A stretch of 20,000 nucleotides of DNA from Vicugna vicugna (taxonomy: Eukaryota). How positions within the stretch are numbered: position 1 is the first letter of the stretch; every line of letters starts with the position of its first letter. The position numbers and the translations under genes are program-made. The stretch is taken from assembly GCA_013265495.1 (NCBI GenBank), contig PNXW01005189.1, positions 111,084 through 131,083 on the forward strand, written 5' to 3'. Under the pieces are notes generated by a model. It saw nothing but the letters and a program-made list of their open reading frames with translations. It made no database searches and was not told the DNA's origin. Shown here piece by piece: positions 19,723 to 20,000 of the stretch.

Positions 19723-19877
19723 AGGGAGGGATTCGCGAACAATATTTTGTTATCAAATAATTATATTATACTTTGTAAAGCAGTAAATACATCTACATCA
19801 TGGTTTTACTTTCTTAGATGTGGAATGGAAAATACCCCACTGCGGCTTTACAGGTTCCCGAAGAAAATCTAATTCTA

Positions 19878-20000
19878 GTAGAGCACTTTTACATACGCCC
19901 CCATTCAATTGTCTCAAGAATACTCTGAAGTATTATTGTTAACCCCAAAAGATAAAGACCCTGAATTTTGTCACACCTGAAGGACAAGTTTAGAGTCGGA
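19878..20000 (-). mobile_element. MIR SINE (runs off the window)
   Basis: AGCACTTTTACATAC...CATT...CTCAAGAATACTCTG.AGTATTATT...GTCACAC...AAGT..AGAGTCGGA matches the reverse strand of MIR. Confidence 0.65.

Noticed and set aside
44..19872. The ~60 short ORFs (60-112 aa) in the supplied track
   Set aside because: No recognisable domains. Many lie in LTR, LINE or low-complexity DNA or use non-ATG starts, and their lengths are typical of chance ORFs. Only 4066..4266 has homology (L1 ORF2 remnant).
1..20000. CRISPR array, tRNA, rRNA or prokaryotic-type system
   Set aside because: No regularly spaced repeats or cloverleaf/rRNA motifs seen; the sequence is clearly mammalian repeat-rich DNA.

Overview
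Eutherian, non-coding (intergenic or intronic) genomic DNA. The young L1 3' end at 4125-4576 resembles camelid L1, and I saw no Alu, B1, Bov-tA, BovB, PRE1 or SINEC copies, so a camelid (alpaca, llama or camel) source is likely; this is inference from recall. No protein-coding exon, RNA gene or CRISPR-like array is supported. The only ORF with a recognisable product is the L1 ORF2p C-terminal remnant. Roughly half the window is interspersed repeat: many MIR and L2 relics, three L1 3' ends and six solo LTRs (two MaLR/MLT1, one MER21-like, two related ERV1-type, one MER41-like), several nested in L2 with target-site duplications still visible. The most notable item is the MER41-like LTR (14896-15527), which keeps a tandem STAT/GAS-type motif pair and is a candidate interferon-gamma-inducible enhancer. 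Unique DNA holds candidate cis-regulatory clusters (P3 homeodomain plus FOX, CTCF-like, phased triple E-box) and a few unusually long palindromes. I found no evidence of a wholly new biological system. Repeat family names come from recalled consensus sequences and need Dfam/RepeatMasker confirmation.
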